Source: Octopus sinensis
Taxonomy: Eukaryota
Length of the DNA stretch: 64,000 nt
Assembly: GCF_006345805.1 (NCBI RefSeq)
Contig: NC_042997.1
Coordinates: forward strand, 112,406,001 to 112,470,000
Direction of reading: 5' to 3'
Shown here: piece after piece, positions 36,630-49,640 of the stretch
Layout: every line of letters starts with the position of its first letter
How positions within the stretch are numbered: the first letter of the stretch is position 1
Translations under genes and position numbers: made by a program
Notes under the pieces: model-generated
Told to the model about the DNA's origin: nothing
Databases searched by the model: none
Seen by the model: only the letters and a program-made list of their open reading frames with translations

Positions 36630-37161
36630 CTGCAAAATTATGGCAAAAGAATGAAATCAAATCAAAAAAGGTTTCCAAAATAGATACTTAAATCTTTTAT
36701 CGTTTGCTTCTTTCAGTCATTAGACTGTGGCCATGCTGGGGCACTGCCTTGAAAAATATTTAGTCAAATGAATTGACTCCAGTACTTCCTTTTTTGCCAA
36801 GCCTGGTACTTATTCTATCGGCCTCTTTTTGCCCAACTGCTAAGTTATGGGAACATAAACACACCAACACCGGTTGTCAAGCAGTGGAGGACAAACAAAG
36901 ACTCAACCCCCCCCCTACACACACACACAACACAAAACATTTATACAAGACAGGCTTCTTTCAGTCTCTGCCTACCAAACCCACTCACAAGGTTTTGGAT
37001 GACCCAAGGTTATAGTAGAAGACACTTATCCAAGGTGCCAAGCAGTGGAACTGAACTCAGAACCATGTGGTTGAGAAGCAAGCTTCTTACCATACAACCA
37101 GGTTAATCATTTGTCAAAAAATTAATTAAAATGTGTATTACACTATAAAATCATATTGATA

Positions 37162-37315
37162 CAGGAGCAGTCTGAGCCATCAGTCAATCGGGCACTGTCT
37201 TAGAGCCAGAGCTCTGTGGGCCTGCACTCAACATGTTAACTCTACTGATATGACTGCTAAGGGGTCTGGAGAACAGTTTTGCCTGAGGGCCCTTAATACT
37301 CTCAGTTTGCCCCTG
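37162..37315. mobile_element. hAT-type MITE (154 bp) with perfect 8-bp TSD
   Basis: TATTGATA|caggagcagtctgag ... ctcagtttgcccctg|TATTGATA. Confidence 0.88.
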
Positions 37316-37399
37316 TATTGATATAATCTTAAGTTTCCCAACCTACACTGGCTACAGGGGATTCCCTGTCCAATTGGTATGGAAAAGGCTTACAGCAAT

Positions 37400-38030
37400 T
37401 GGAATAAGAGAAAAAGAGCTAAAGGTGGCTGAGCACAGGATGGGAGAGGTAGCAGAAAGAGCCTCATGCAGGTTATGGAGCTGCATGCATCTCAACCATG
37501 GGACATGCATGTGGACCTAGGGGAGAGATTGCAAACACCCCAGGTCGTCCATACAACCCTGAGGCCAGATATGGTCCTGTGGTCTGAAAAGTCCAAGAAA
37601 ATTATTATAATTGAACTAAGAGTCCCATGGGAAGAGGGACATGATGAGGCCCATGAATGGAAGCGTGCCAAATATGAGAGCTTTCTGCAGGATTGCAGGG
37701 AAAAGAGATGGCAGATATGGCCTTTCGTCAGTTGAGGCTGGCTGTAGGGGATTCTCTGCACAGTTGGAATGGAAGATGCTTACAGGTACTGAAATGAGAG
37801 ATAAGGAGCGAAGGATGGCTGTGCACAGGATGGGAGAGGCAACAGAAAGAGCCCCTTACTGGTTATGGAGCAAGAGAGAGGAGTTGAGGTGGAATCCAGG
37901 AGGAGATGAGGAGCAGTGACCCGGCCACCTCTGTTGACCCACCAACAGGAGGTGGATGTTATGGTTCAGCGTCAAAGCACCTGATGATCATCGGGGCACA
38001 TCTGATGACATTTGTTTCTCCTGGCCAAAG
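37400..38030 (+). mobile_element. HERO/NeSL-like RLE-domain LINE 3' fragment
   Basis: LRPDMVLWS...IELRVPWEE..HEWKRAKY...VEAGCRGF...ERAPYWLWSKRE, a PD-(D/E)xK restriction-like endonuclease C-terminus. Confidence 0.8.
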
Positions 38031-38109
38031 CTCCATTCACTTTGGTCAGTGGAAAAGAAACACTTTCTTCTTGGTGTTATCAATAACATAACAGCCGATT
38101 ATATAAATA

Positions 38110-38498
38110 CTAGCAGTATCGCCCGACGTTGCTTGGGTTTGTTTCGACCCTTTAGAATTGGAATTTTTGAAAAGGAAAAATTTTGCATTATGTAGCTTGT
38201 TAATCTCTTTAAGTGAACATTTTTCTGGTTGAAATACACCGAAAAATGGTGACACAGCAGTAAAAAAATCGTAAAAATAAGGATTTTCATAGAAAAAAAG
38301 CATTATTTTTTATGTAAATAATTTTTGGCGTTAACATGGTCCGATTTGAAATTTTTCTTCTATGGAAGGAAGAGCAAGCCTTCTATCATACTCTCAATTT
38401 TGGTCAACTTGCGCTGCAGGGTCTCGGAGGAGATAGTGTTAGTTGAAGGCTACCAAACCTGCCATACAAAGACAACTTCAGCTTTATATAGAGAGAGA
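38110..38498 (-). mobile_element. Non-autonomous Helitron (same family)
   Basis: actagcagtatcgcccgacgttgcttgggt at the left end and gctttatatagagagagat at the right end. Confidence 0.9.
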
Positions 38499-38770
38499 TT
38501 GGGTGGTTGGTTAGTTGATTTCTCCAATCATGCCTTACATCGTACAGAGAGGGGGAGAGAAAGTGAGAGAGAGAGAGGAGGAGGAGGAGGAATTAACATA
38601 AGAGGTGCAGGGTGAGTGCACATACTAGGCTTGATGAAATGCAATGAGTAAAAAGAGCTCTACACACACTTGTAGAAGACAGTTTCCCAAGGTGCCATGC
38701 AATGGAAGTGAACCAGGGACCAAGTGGTTGGGAAGCAAGCTGGTCAACCACACAGCAATGCGTGCACCTA

Positions 38771-40720
38771 TCTCTTATGATAAAAGGCAGATTTTCTCTC
38801 CCTGTTCCCATGTTTCTTTTTAATACAATTCTACAATACAGAATTTCTTCAATTGGAATTTACCTATGATTTTTCCAAGTAGATTTGATTGGGTCATGGC
38901 ATGTAAAGTTTTTTCAATTTCACCCCCAATTAAGCAAAAATTCGAGAAAACTCAATATTTTACGATTTGCCTCTTTCATTTCAAGTGCCTCACCCCTTCC
39001 ATTACCACCACAATTCTCCTACTTTCTCTTTGCAAGTGTGCAACAATCAAAGTGAAAGTATTTATATAACAGGGATGAGCCGTTAATACTGGTCATCCTT
39101 TTTGCTAGAGGAAGATCCGCTATGGTCTTATATGCTACACCACTGGTTTTCAATTCATATTAATCAAATTAATATTCAATTTTTCACCCTTATTATGTGT
39201 GTGTGTGTGTGTGTGTATGTGTGTGTATTAGCAATTCGTATAAAATTGCATCAATGACTTGAACAAGTCGTTTCACATAAATGGGGATAAATTAAAAAGG
39301 TTTGTTGTTATTATTATTACTGTTTTACTATTGTAATCACGTGGCATGTAAAGTTTTTTCAATTTGACCCCCAATTAAGCAAAAATTCGAGAAAACTCAA
39401 TATTTTATGATTTGCCTCTTTCATTTCAAGTGCTTCACTCCTTCCATTACCACCACAGTTTCTCCTACTTTCTCTTTGCAAGTGTGCAACAATTAAAGTG
39501 AAAGTATTTATATAACAGGGATGAGCCATTAATACTGGTCATCCTTTTTGCTAGAGGAAGATCCGCTATGGTCTTATATGCTACACCACTGGTTTTCAAT
39601 TCATATTAATCAAATTAATATTCAATTTTTCACCTTTATTATGTGTGTGTGTGTGTATTAGCAATTCGTATAAAATTGCATCAATGACTTGAACTTGAAT
39701 AAGTGGTTTCACATAAATTAAAAAGGTTTGTTGTTATTATTATTACTGTTTGACTATTGTAATCACGTTTGTTGGTTCCTCGTCAGGGAAACGTTGTTGT
39801 GTCGCATTTGTTAAATAATTGTAAACCGTAACCCTCCCCCTTTCGGAGAAGGGGCTTTGGTTATTGTTTAAAAATTGAATTGTGTCCGTTTGGGGAAATT
39901 GACAATATTTTCACCATCTTTACGGAAGCATTTTTGTTTAAATGCCTTTGATAGAAGAAAGTCCAAAAATGAATTTCGCTGCAGCCGTCCAAAAATGAAT
40001 TTCACTGCAGCCGTACACTTCTATACAAGAGGGAGGACAAGATCCAATTGATTGAAATTGCAAGAGACGGGCCTACAATTCCAGTCTGTTATATATTTTG
40101 AGTATTGTTATCACTAGCGATATCAAGATATAACTTTGTATTTTGTATTTTATGTGTAGATGTATATATATATAGATGTACATGTAATATGTACACATAT
40201 ATATACACATATATACATGCATAATATATCTACCCATACACACATACGCACACACACACATACATACATAGGGGCAGGTGTGGCTGTGTGGTAACAAACT
40301 ACGTTCCAAACACATGGTCCTGGGTTCAGTCCCACTGTGTGGTGACTTGACATGTGTCTTCTGCTGTACCTTCAGACCAACAAAAGCCTTCTCAGTGGAT
40401 TTTGTACATATATACAGGCATACATATATATATATACATTTAACAAATCTCAGGGTCAAACCCTCTCTGTAGCTGGTCTTCTCTTGGAAGAGCCCTGCTT
40501 CTCGCATAGGCAACTGTATGTTGCCTGCTCAAGAGTAGGAACCAAAAGAAACCTTTTTGTATATGCTCCACAAGGAAAAACAAGGAACATTGTTTACAAC
40601 GAGGTGTTATAATCTCAACAGCCAGGAGGTATATACATGATCCCCTTTTTTTTAACAAACTTCATGTACTTTCATGTATTTATACCCGGCGTTGCCCGGT
40701 TACATTCAATAGAAGAATTA
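38771..40720 (+). mobile_element. Composite Helitron relic: 5' end, 445-bp tandem duplication, helicase C-terminal remnant
   Basis: A|TCTCTTATGATAAAAGGCAG start. Tandem units 38897-39341 and 39342-39768. NKSQGQTLSVAG...FSHRQLYVACSRV at 40440-40612. Confidence 0.7.
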
Positions 40721-40779
40721 GACTTTTCTGTTATATATATATATGGATACACACACACACACACACACAAATATATGTA

Positions 40780-41308
40780 TCTCTTATGATAAAAGGCAGA
40801 TTTTCTCTGCCTGTTACCATGTTCCTTTTTAATACAAATCAGTCCTCTTTCTACCACTCTTATTCAACATCACACATTCTGCTACTTTCTCTTATTAATG
40901 CTTAAACCACTCCTCAAAAAAATAAAAAAAATAAAAAATCCAGACAGGAAACAGAACAAAAAACACTCAAACACACACACACACACCACACAAATATATG
41001 TATCTCTTATGATAAAAGGCAGATTTTCTCTGCCTGTTACCATGTTCCTTTTTAATACAAATCAGTCCTCTTTCTACCACTCTTATTCAACATCACACAT
41101 TCTGCTACTTTCTCTTATTAATGCTTAAACCACTCCTCAAAAAAATAAAAAAAATAAAAAATCCAGACAGGAAACAGAACAAAAAACACTCAAACACACA
41201 CACACACACACACGTGTGTGTTTGTTACAGTTGTCAATTGTTGAAAGAAACAAATTGTAAGCTAAGAAGGTCTGTGTGTGTGCACGCATGTGTGTGTGCA
41301 TGTGCGTG

Positions 41309-41339
<31 letters not shown>

Positions 41340-44300
41340 AGGAAGTGAAGGATAAAAATATGGACCTTTTACAGACAACATAACACTATCAACCTCATAC
41401 CACCACAACATTTTTCTTTATCCTGTCAAAAACTGATTCATTCTATCCCTTTCACCTACAACCTCAGCTAAGTCAGCCGAAAGTAAAATCAACAGAGGAT
41501 CACCTTTATACCTACAAACGTATGTCTATTTTTATAGCTGCAACACATTATATATACCGTACTTAACACACACCATGACACACCACAAATGTACCCTGAA
41601 CGAAAAGGACTATTCATTATAATACATCAGTTCCACACATTTACCCTGGTTCCATTTCGGACAACCACACAAACATTTGCCATTTGACACATGTATGTAA
41701 ACAAATTCCTTTCTTAAAAATTTCAATTCATTTTCTTTTTCAATTTACGTTTCTATACACTTTACACAAATATTTGATTAAACAACTAAAACACTTCACA
41801 TTTTGAACATGTACGTAAACTACTTCCACTCTTACAAATCTAACTTTATTTTCTTGCTTTTAACTCGACTTTCAATACACTTTACACACTCTGTCGCTAT
41901 ACTTGCATAAAAAATTTCTTTCAGCTGCAAATATTTCTTTCTTTTCCTTCCACGGTTAACATTTTTCCACATTTCATTCACATTACAATTTTTATCTTTA
42001 AGTAACTTTCACCCTTTCTTTTTCACATAAAATGCCACCGAAAAAGAGAAGTCGCCTCGGCCGCCATACTGCAGCAGCAGCGGTGCAAAAGGCAATTATC
42101 GCAAACGAGTCTTCCGACAAAAAGGCTTTCAGACTTTCACAGAGCGCCTTACGTTCAGCGCAATCGCAAGCTGCTGAAAATTTACAACAGCGCAACGCAC
42201 GCCTAGCAAAAATGGCTTCATACGATGCTGCTTTCAGGGCTTCAGAAGGTCTGGAAACAAGGTTGAAGCACATGGCCTAAAGGCTGCTGCTGTTGCTGCA
42301 CAAAGGGCTTCAGAGAAACAACAAAGGGCCACTTGATTGGCTACAAACACTGCAGCTACTGCTGCTTCAACATTTTCGGCTACTGAAAATTTACAACAGT
42401 GCAATGCACACCTAGCAAAAATGACTTCATACAATGCTGCTTCCAGGGCTTCAGAGGGTCCGGAAACAAGGTCGAAGCGCATGGCCATAAAGGCTTCTGC
42501 TGTTGCTGCACAAACGGCTTCACAGAACCCACAACAAAGGGCCACTCGACTGGCTACAAACGCTGCGGCTACTGCTGCTTCAACATTTTCGACACTTTCC
42601 CACAACTCAGACCAGCAATGTTCTACATTCCAGTGGAACAGTCGACGCCGCAAGGCTACCTACGGTCTGACGAGTCCAAACAGCCCTTACTGGTATCTAC
42701 GGGCTTTCAAGTATGAGCCCAACTTCAATTACTCGATGCACGCTGACATAAATATAGGGGAAATGTGCTTCAATTGCCAATTCTGCAATGCTAAAAAGTG
42801 GGCTGGGGAACCACCTGCAATGTGCTGCTTAAACGGTAAGGTCAGATTGCCCCCTCTTCGGGAGCTGCCAGACCCTTTGAAGGAATTACTTACTGGTTCC
42901 ACCTCAAGGTCATCAAAATTCCTTCAACTCATCAGGAAGTACAATTGTGCATTTCAGATGACTTCTTTCGGGGCTAACGTTGTCAGAGAAACTGGTTGGA
43001 TGCCTACTTTCAAGGTCCAGGGCCAGGTGTATCACCTTATTGGGTCACTCCAGCCACTACAAAATTGCAAACCTTTGTTCCTTCAAATTTATTTCATTTC
43101 AAATTACAATAGGCAACTTGATGTGCGTTTCGGCGTAATTCCACAACCTGCAAACACTGACGCTGACAATTTCGACAGGGACGTGCTGCTCAGTCTGCAA
43201 AACATGCTTCATGACCACAACAGCTACATTCGCAGTTTCAAATACGCCTTGGAAACAGCCCTTTCACCAACATTCACCATTGTCATCAATGCTAACAAAA
43301 GGCCTTCTGGGGAGCACGAACGCCGATATAACACTCCTTCATGCAATGAAGTGGCCATAGTTCTCCATGGTGAACAGCACAATCAGCGAGACATAGTTCT
43401 TCAAAGCCGCGACAGTGGTCTTCAGCGTATTAATGAGACGCATCGGTCATATGATGCCCTGCAGTATCCCCTTCTTTTTCCATATGGAGAAGACGGGTAC
43501 CATTTCGGCATTCCTCACCACAAACCAAACGAGCCCACTGCTGCGACATCTAAAACTGTTTCATGTATGGCTTTTTACTCATACCGCTTCATGACAAGGC
43601 ATAATGATTTCAACCCCCTGCACAGATCACGGGAACTGTTTCACCAGTTTGCAGTTGACATGGCTGCAAAGATGGAGTCCGAGAGACTGTGCTTCATCAA
43701 ATTGAATCAGAAGCAGCCGCACTCAGACTCCTACATCCATTTGCGTGATGGCATCAGGAATGACACTGACGCCCGCAATATCAGCAAAATGTGCATTCTC
43801 CCCTCAACCTATACAGGGGGCCCACGGTACATGCACGAGCGAACACAAGATGCTATGACTTACGTTCGGCATTATGGGCGACCCGATTTATTCATTACCT
43901 TTACATGTAACCCAAAGTGGGTTGAGGTAATGCGAGAACTTCTCCCAGGATAGCAGTACTGTCATCGCCATGATATTATTGCAAGGGTTTTCAGGCAGAA
44001 ACTGGCTAAGCTCATTCATTTAATAAAAAAAGGGCAGGTTTTTGGGTCTGTTAACTGCCACATGTATACTGTTGAGTGGCAGAAAAGAGGGTTGCCACAC
44101 GCGCACATTTTGCTTTGGTTGGTCAACAAAATAGACCCAACAGTTCTTAATGATCTCATTGCAGCAGAAATTCCGGACCCAACTGTTGACCGGCAGCTGT
44201 ACGACATTGTGAAGGCACACATGGTACACGTCCGTGCGGTCCTGGTTTTCAAAAGTTCTCCTCATGCCTCAAAGACTAAATGGTACCCAAAGAGGTTCGT

Positions 44301-47300
44301 GGATGAGACCCAGACCAGCCGCAACGGATACCCACTGTACAGAAGAAGGCACCCTGACAATGGTGGATTCACTATGATGTTACGGAGTCATCAAGTGGAT
44401 AATAGGTGGGTAGTGTCGTACTGTCCATTTCTGATGAAAACTTTTAACGCTCACATAAATGTGGAGTTCTGTCATTCAGTTAAGTCTATAAAGTATATAT
44501 GTAAATATGTTAACAAGGGTTCTGACACTGCCATGTTTGGCCTTCAAAAGGACAATAGCATGGACAAGGTGTCATAGTACTTGGCAGGTCGGTACATAAG
44601 CAGTGGTGAAGCTTTTTGGTGGATATTCGGGTTTCCACTTTACCAAAGGCACCCCACCATCATACAACTAGCGGTTCATTTGGAAAATGGCCAGCGAACT
44701 TACTTTACTGAACAGACTGCAGCTGAATTGGCGGCAAATCCAAAACAAACAACTTTGACCGGTTTCTTTAGGCTTTGCCAACTTGACACATTTGCTAAAA
44801 CACTTTTATACCCTCAGGTCCCGTCCTACTATGTGTGATCAAACAACAATTGGGTGTGTAGGAAGTCGGGTCAGGATGTTGAAGGACATCCTGGTGTCAA
44901 GTTTAACAGTTGTCTAGGAAGAGTCTACACTGTACCTCCAAACCAACATGAGTGTTTTCACCTGCACCTTCTCCTCCATTAGGTTTTAGGCCCACAAAGT
45001 TTTCAAGACATCAGAACTGTTGATGGTGTATTATGTGATACTTTCCGCGAAGCCTGTTTTTGGCGTCGACTTTTGGAGGATGATTCACAATGGGGCGCCA
45101 CTATGGCGGAGGGTGTTTCGTTAAAATCTCCTAAAAAAATCAGATCGCTTTTCGCTATTCTACTACTATGGTGTGACTTGGCTAATCCCGCCTCTTTATG
45201 GCTTACCTACAAAGATTATATGTCTGAAGATTTCCTGCGTCACGCTCAATCGCTACATCCATCAATGGAGGTCGGGTACACTTACCTCATTTACAACAGG
45301 GCGCTGCTTGAAATCGAAGATACTGTACTTGATATGGGCAGTAGTGCCTTGCCGGTCTATGGCCTACCTTCAACAAACCGGAAAGGCACAAACACTCTGT
45401 CTTCACAATTGCTGCGTGAGACATGTTTTAATGTTGATGAGCTTACCGAGTACATAGCCAACAATGAGCCAAAGATCTTTCGAGAACAGAAGTTCACTTA
45501 CAACTCCATTGTTAATTCAGTCCAGGCCAAAGCTGGGGGGATTTTTTTCCTGGACACTCATGGGGGCACTGGGAAAACTTTTGTCAACAAATTAATATTG
45601 GCTGAGATTAGGCGAACACAAGGCATTGCCCTAGCTGTGGCATCATCTGGAATTGCGGCTACTTTGTTGCCAGGCGGCAGGACAGCTCACTCCACTTTCA
45701 AGCTCCCGCTTAACTTAGCGAAGACTGAGACACCAACTTCCAACATCAATAACAGCTCCGATCAGGCAGAAGTCTTCAGACGATGCAAGCTTATCGTTTG
45801 GGATGAATGCACGATGGCCCACAGAGGTGCTCTTGAGGCACTAGATAGATCTCTCAGAGACATCAAACACTCTTCAGCTCCCATGGGAGGCATAACACTT
45901 CTTCTTTCAGGGGACTTCTGACAAACACTTCCTGTTATTCCCAAAGGGACTAGAGCTGATGCAGTAAGTGTGTGTCTTAAGTCATCCACATTGTGGCCAC
46001 TGGTGAAGACTCTCAAACTTCACACCAATATGCGTGCTCATATGCGACGTGATATCACATCAGCAGCATTTTCTCACACCCTCCTTGCACTTGGCGAAGG
46101 CAAAATACCAAGGGATGAAAATGGTAATATTACCATCGATTCCATTTGTACCATTGTTAAAACGCCTTCTGATCTCAGAGATGCAGTGTTCCCAGATCTA
46201 CAAGCTAATTATCAGAATATGGATTGGATTGGCCAAAGGGCTATTCTGGCCCCGAGGAATAAAACTGTTCACCATATTAATGATGAAATGCTAAAACTCA
46301 TTCCTGGGGATGTCTATGTATATAAGTCTATCGATACAACTCCTGACCCAGAGGACATCATCAATTATCCAATAGAGGTACTCAATTCCTTTGAGCCCCC
46401 CGGACTACCACCACACATTCTCAAACTTAAAGTTGGCGCCCCTATAATGTTCATTAGAAATTTGGTTCCCCCAAAACAATGCAATGGCACACGTTTGATT
46501 GTTAAGTCCTTATCTCCCAATCTGATTGAGGCCACCATTATCACAGGGTGCGGTCGAGGCAACGTTGTGCTCATACCTAGGATGCATCTTTTCCCATCAG
46601 GAGCAGACCTACCTTTCATATTTCGGAGGTCCCAGTTCCCAGTAAGGCCATGTTTCGCAATGTCAATTAACAAAGCGCAGGGTCAAACACTGTCTGTGGC
46701 GGGAATACATTTGGGAGAGCCATATTTCTCTCATGGTCAGCTTTATGTTGGCTGCTCACGTGTCAGCAGCAACAGTGATGCTTTCGCATTTGTTCCACAA
46801 CGAAAAACAAAAAACATTGTGTACAAGGAGGTTTTATAAGATTACTACGTTTCATCATTTTCGGACTCTCTTTTATGATGGCATTTACATTTTTAGGCGT
46901 TTCATGACATTAATTCACACTTAACCAATACCTGTCCTTCGCTCACCTCTATTTCTATCCATTCATCATCAAACCACCAGCCTCATCTTCTATATCCAAC
47001 GTACATGACACATCTACCCCCTACATCTACACTCCCACTGTTAAAGTTTACATAAGCGACAACACGATTGCAACATACACTTTGGAAACTAAGCAACAGA
47101 TCATTTTATACAACAACAAATTTAATCATAACGCCCATCAATGAAAACATCTCCACCACTGTGTTGTGATTCATCTAATCAGTACCACTACAGTCTTGCC
47201 GGTCTGACATATGGTGAGTAGATGCTATTGTTCTATATTTTATAAATTACCCATATTTACTTACCCATGCTTCATTCCCCTCTTGCCTACATAAGGCATC

Positions 47301-47654
47301 CATTCTCTTTTAACACAGCATGAAGTTTTGTAACAGCACATCCGCTGCTGTTTGTGGAAAACAAAGAGACCCTATTCACCTGCGAACGTTTTACACCGCC
47401 TTCCACGACTATCAAATTCTTACAATTATGAGAACAATAACATGGCTCTTTTCAAGGCAACCTCGCATTCAATTCTTATACCATTCTACGAGGGGGTAGG
47501 AACCCCTTTACACGGCTTTCTATACACTTACAAATACATTCATTCGCCGTTAACTTATATCAATTTTTGCCTGAATAATCATCATAATTCAGTGCAATCA
47601 TTAACAGTACTTTCAAGCAATTCAGCCCCGAGCAACGCCAGGCAATTCTGCTAG
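40780..47654 (+). mobile_element. Full-length autonomous-type Helitron (disabled)
   Basis: A|TCTCTTATG 5' end (duplicated, 40780 and 41003). 3' gccccgagcaacgccaggc hairpin then CTAG|T at 47651-47655. RepHel coding sequence inside. Confidence 0.93.
42032..46839 (+). pseudogene. Helitron RepHel (HUH Rep + PIF1-like SF1 helicase) with multiple stops and frameshifts
   Basis: RPDLFITFTCNPKW, EWQKRGLPHAHILLW, KSIKYICKYVNKG, GGTGKTF, VWDECTM, GDF*QTLPV, FAMSINKAQGQT and FSHGQLYVGCSRV. In-frame stops at 42278, 43951, 44575, 44836 and 45919. Confidence 0.95.
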
Positions 47655-47759
47655 TTCCTTATAAAATACTTTTTTTTATAAATTAGAAGCATCTGTAATA
47701 AAATAGGAAATAGTGGAAGTCAATTGGCATTGAAACCTTAATTAATTAAATAAAAAGAA

Positions 47760-48308
47760 CTAGCACTATGCTGGGTCATAGTGCTAGTGCATGCATATAC
47801 AGCTGCATGCGTGCGCACATACATGCGAGTACTGTCCAAATCTCTGACCAATCACATACAGCTAGCTGGCATTCAATTGACATATCAAGTTTCGGGCATT
47901 TTGATTGGGTTTTGGGTAGAAAATTCACAAAAAAGTCACTTCTATTGATTTTTTAATGGCTTTGCGGGGGACTGGGGAAATGTAAAGATGTGCACGACCA
48001 CCCTTCTTAGCCGAATTTCTACAATGTTTACAGCGATTCAATTTTATATCTTCATTTTTTATTTTTCATGCAATTTACGCATGCGTGCACGCGTGGTGAA
48101 CACAGTTCACATCAAACAGCTGACTGAGTAAAGTTCACTATTCAATGCATGGGATAAGGCCTAAACAAACACATTATCGATTTTTGCATTTGCAAGATGA
48201 ATTTCGGAACAGAATCACCATAGAATGTGCGAGCCCTCTAACTGAAAAATTGTGGATTTGTATAAAGGACACGCACACAGACATTTTGCTGTTTATATAT
48301 AGAGAGAT
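47760..48308 (-). mobile_element. Non-autonomous Helitron
   Basis: Minus-strand 5' A|TCTCTATATATAAACAGC and 3' CTAG|T at 47763-47759. Confidence 0.8.
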
Positions 48309-48460
48309 TACTTTTTATAAAACAAAAAACATTGAAAATTAAAATGTAGAGATTAAATGAGAATACAATAATTGGAATGGAGAAAGAAAAAGGAAGAAAA
48401 GAATGAGTTTTGTGCTTTAGTCAATTATAAATAATTTTTTCGAGTGAAAATTGGAATTAC

Positions 48461-48619
48461 CTGCATTGCCTGGGGTGAAAATGTGACTGTGACAAAGATA
48501 TGACTATGGTTGAGGATTTGGGCTTTTGACGGTTCCACATCAAAAACTTCTACTTGTTGATGCTTACCACTGCCACGACTCTGACTGCTTTTCACAACAA
48601 TATTTGCATCACAAGGAAC
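48461..48619 (-). CDS. HYDIN: HYDIN exon (VPCDANIVVKSSQSRGSGKHQQVEVFDVEPSKAQILNHSHIFVTVTFSPQAMQ)
   Basis: tag|GTT acceptor, CAG|gtaatt donor, 159 nt. Resembles human DIFEVEPSKMCIASHSHAFATVSFTPQIMQ. Confidence 0.92.
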
Positions 48620-48818
48620 CTAGAGGGTAGAACATCAAAACACTAGGTTAATAATTTAATTCCAACAAAGGGCTGCATTTATTGGAGGGTTTGCTGTTAT
48701 CAAGGGAAACGAGATCGATTCTCTAGGAAATAATTTTAACTATACTCTCTCTCACACTATATATCATATATATATATATATCATATAAATATATATATCA
48801 TATAAATATATATATATA

Positions 48819-49640
48819 CTAGCAGTATTGCCCGGCTCGTGCGCTCTATGCACGGGCGAATTAAGCTAGATTTGGATGAAGTTCAATCAAAATTAAATTA
48901 TTTTGGTTTTAAAATCAAGCATTTAATGCCCTCTACTTTTGCGCTTATGTGCTCCATTTCCTCAATAGGAAGTATGTAGAAGCGTTTCATAAATTTTTGT
49001 TGATCAAATAGTTGCATTGTTGAATTATTCTTTTAGATCAGTATTTCTCAACGGGGATTTCAGGGGAGAGTTTCAGGGAGTCGCTGGCGATGTATCGTGA
49101 TGATCAATAATCTGGCCAGCTAAAATTTGGTTAAAGTGATTCAAACTGCAGACTCAACGCAAAATGGTCACGTTTAATTCAAAGCGTTAAAAATGTTATG
49201 AAAACAATTAGTATGTATTCACAAAGTCCAAACGATTAATACGAAAAAACCCTCCAGGCTACATCCCGAAAATTCATTTGTTTGCCGAATTTCTACAATG
49301 TTTACGCCGATTCATTTTTATATCTTGATTTTTTATTTTTCATGCAATTTATGCATGCTTGCGCGCGTGGTGAACACAGTTCACATCAAACAGCTAACTG
49401 AGTAAAGTTCACTATTCAATGCATGGGATAAGGCCTAAACAAACACATTATCGATTTTTGCACTTGCGAGATGAATTTCGGAACAGAAATAGCGCAGTTC
49501 AATTTTCATTCACCTAAACTTTAAGTGACCCATTTTTGGTGGTTCTATGATTAGTTGGCTAGGAGGAGATGTGCCAGGAAGTTAAACACACAGACACACA
49601 CACACAGATACACACACAAGTTGAGTTTTATATATATAGA
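48819..49640 (-). mobile_element. Non-autonomous Helitron
   Basis: Minus-strand 5' A|TCTATATATATAAAACTC and 3' GC-rich hairpin ...gccgggcaatactgCTAG|T. Confidence 0.8.

Noticed and set aside
40683-40702. Helitron 3' hairpin as the true end of the 38771 element
   Set aside because: It is in reverse orientation and lacks an adjacent CTAG, so the end could not be assigned.
42234-42653. Ala-rich minus-strand ORF
   Set aside because: Antisense shadow of the Helitron N-terminal repeats.
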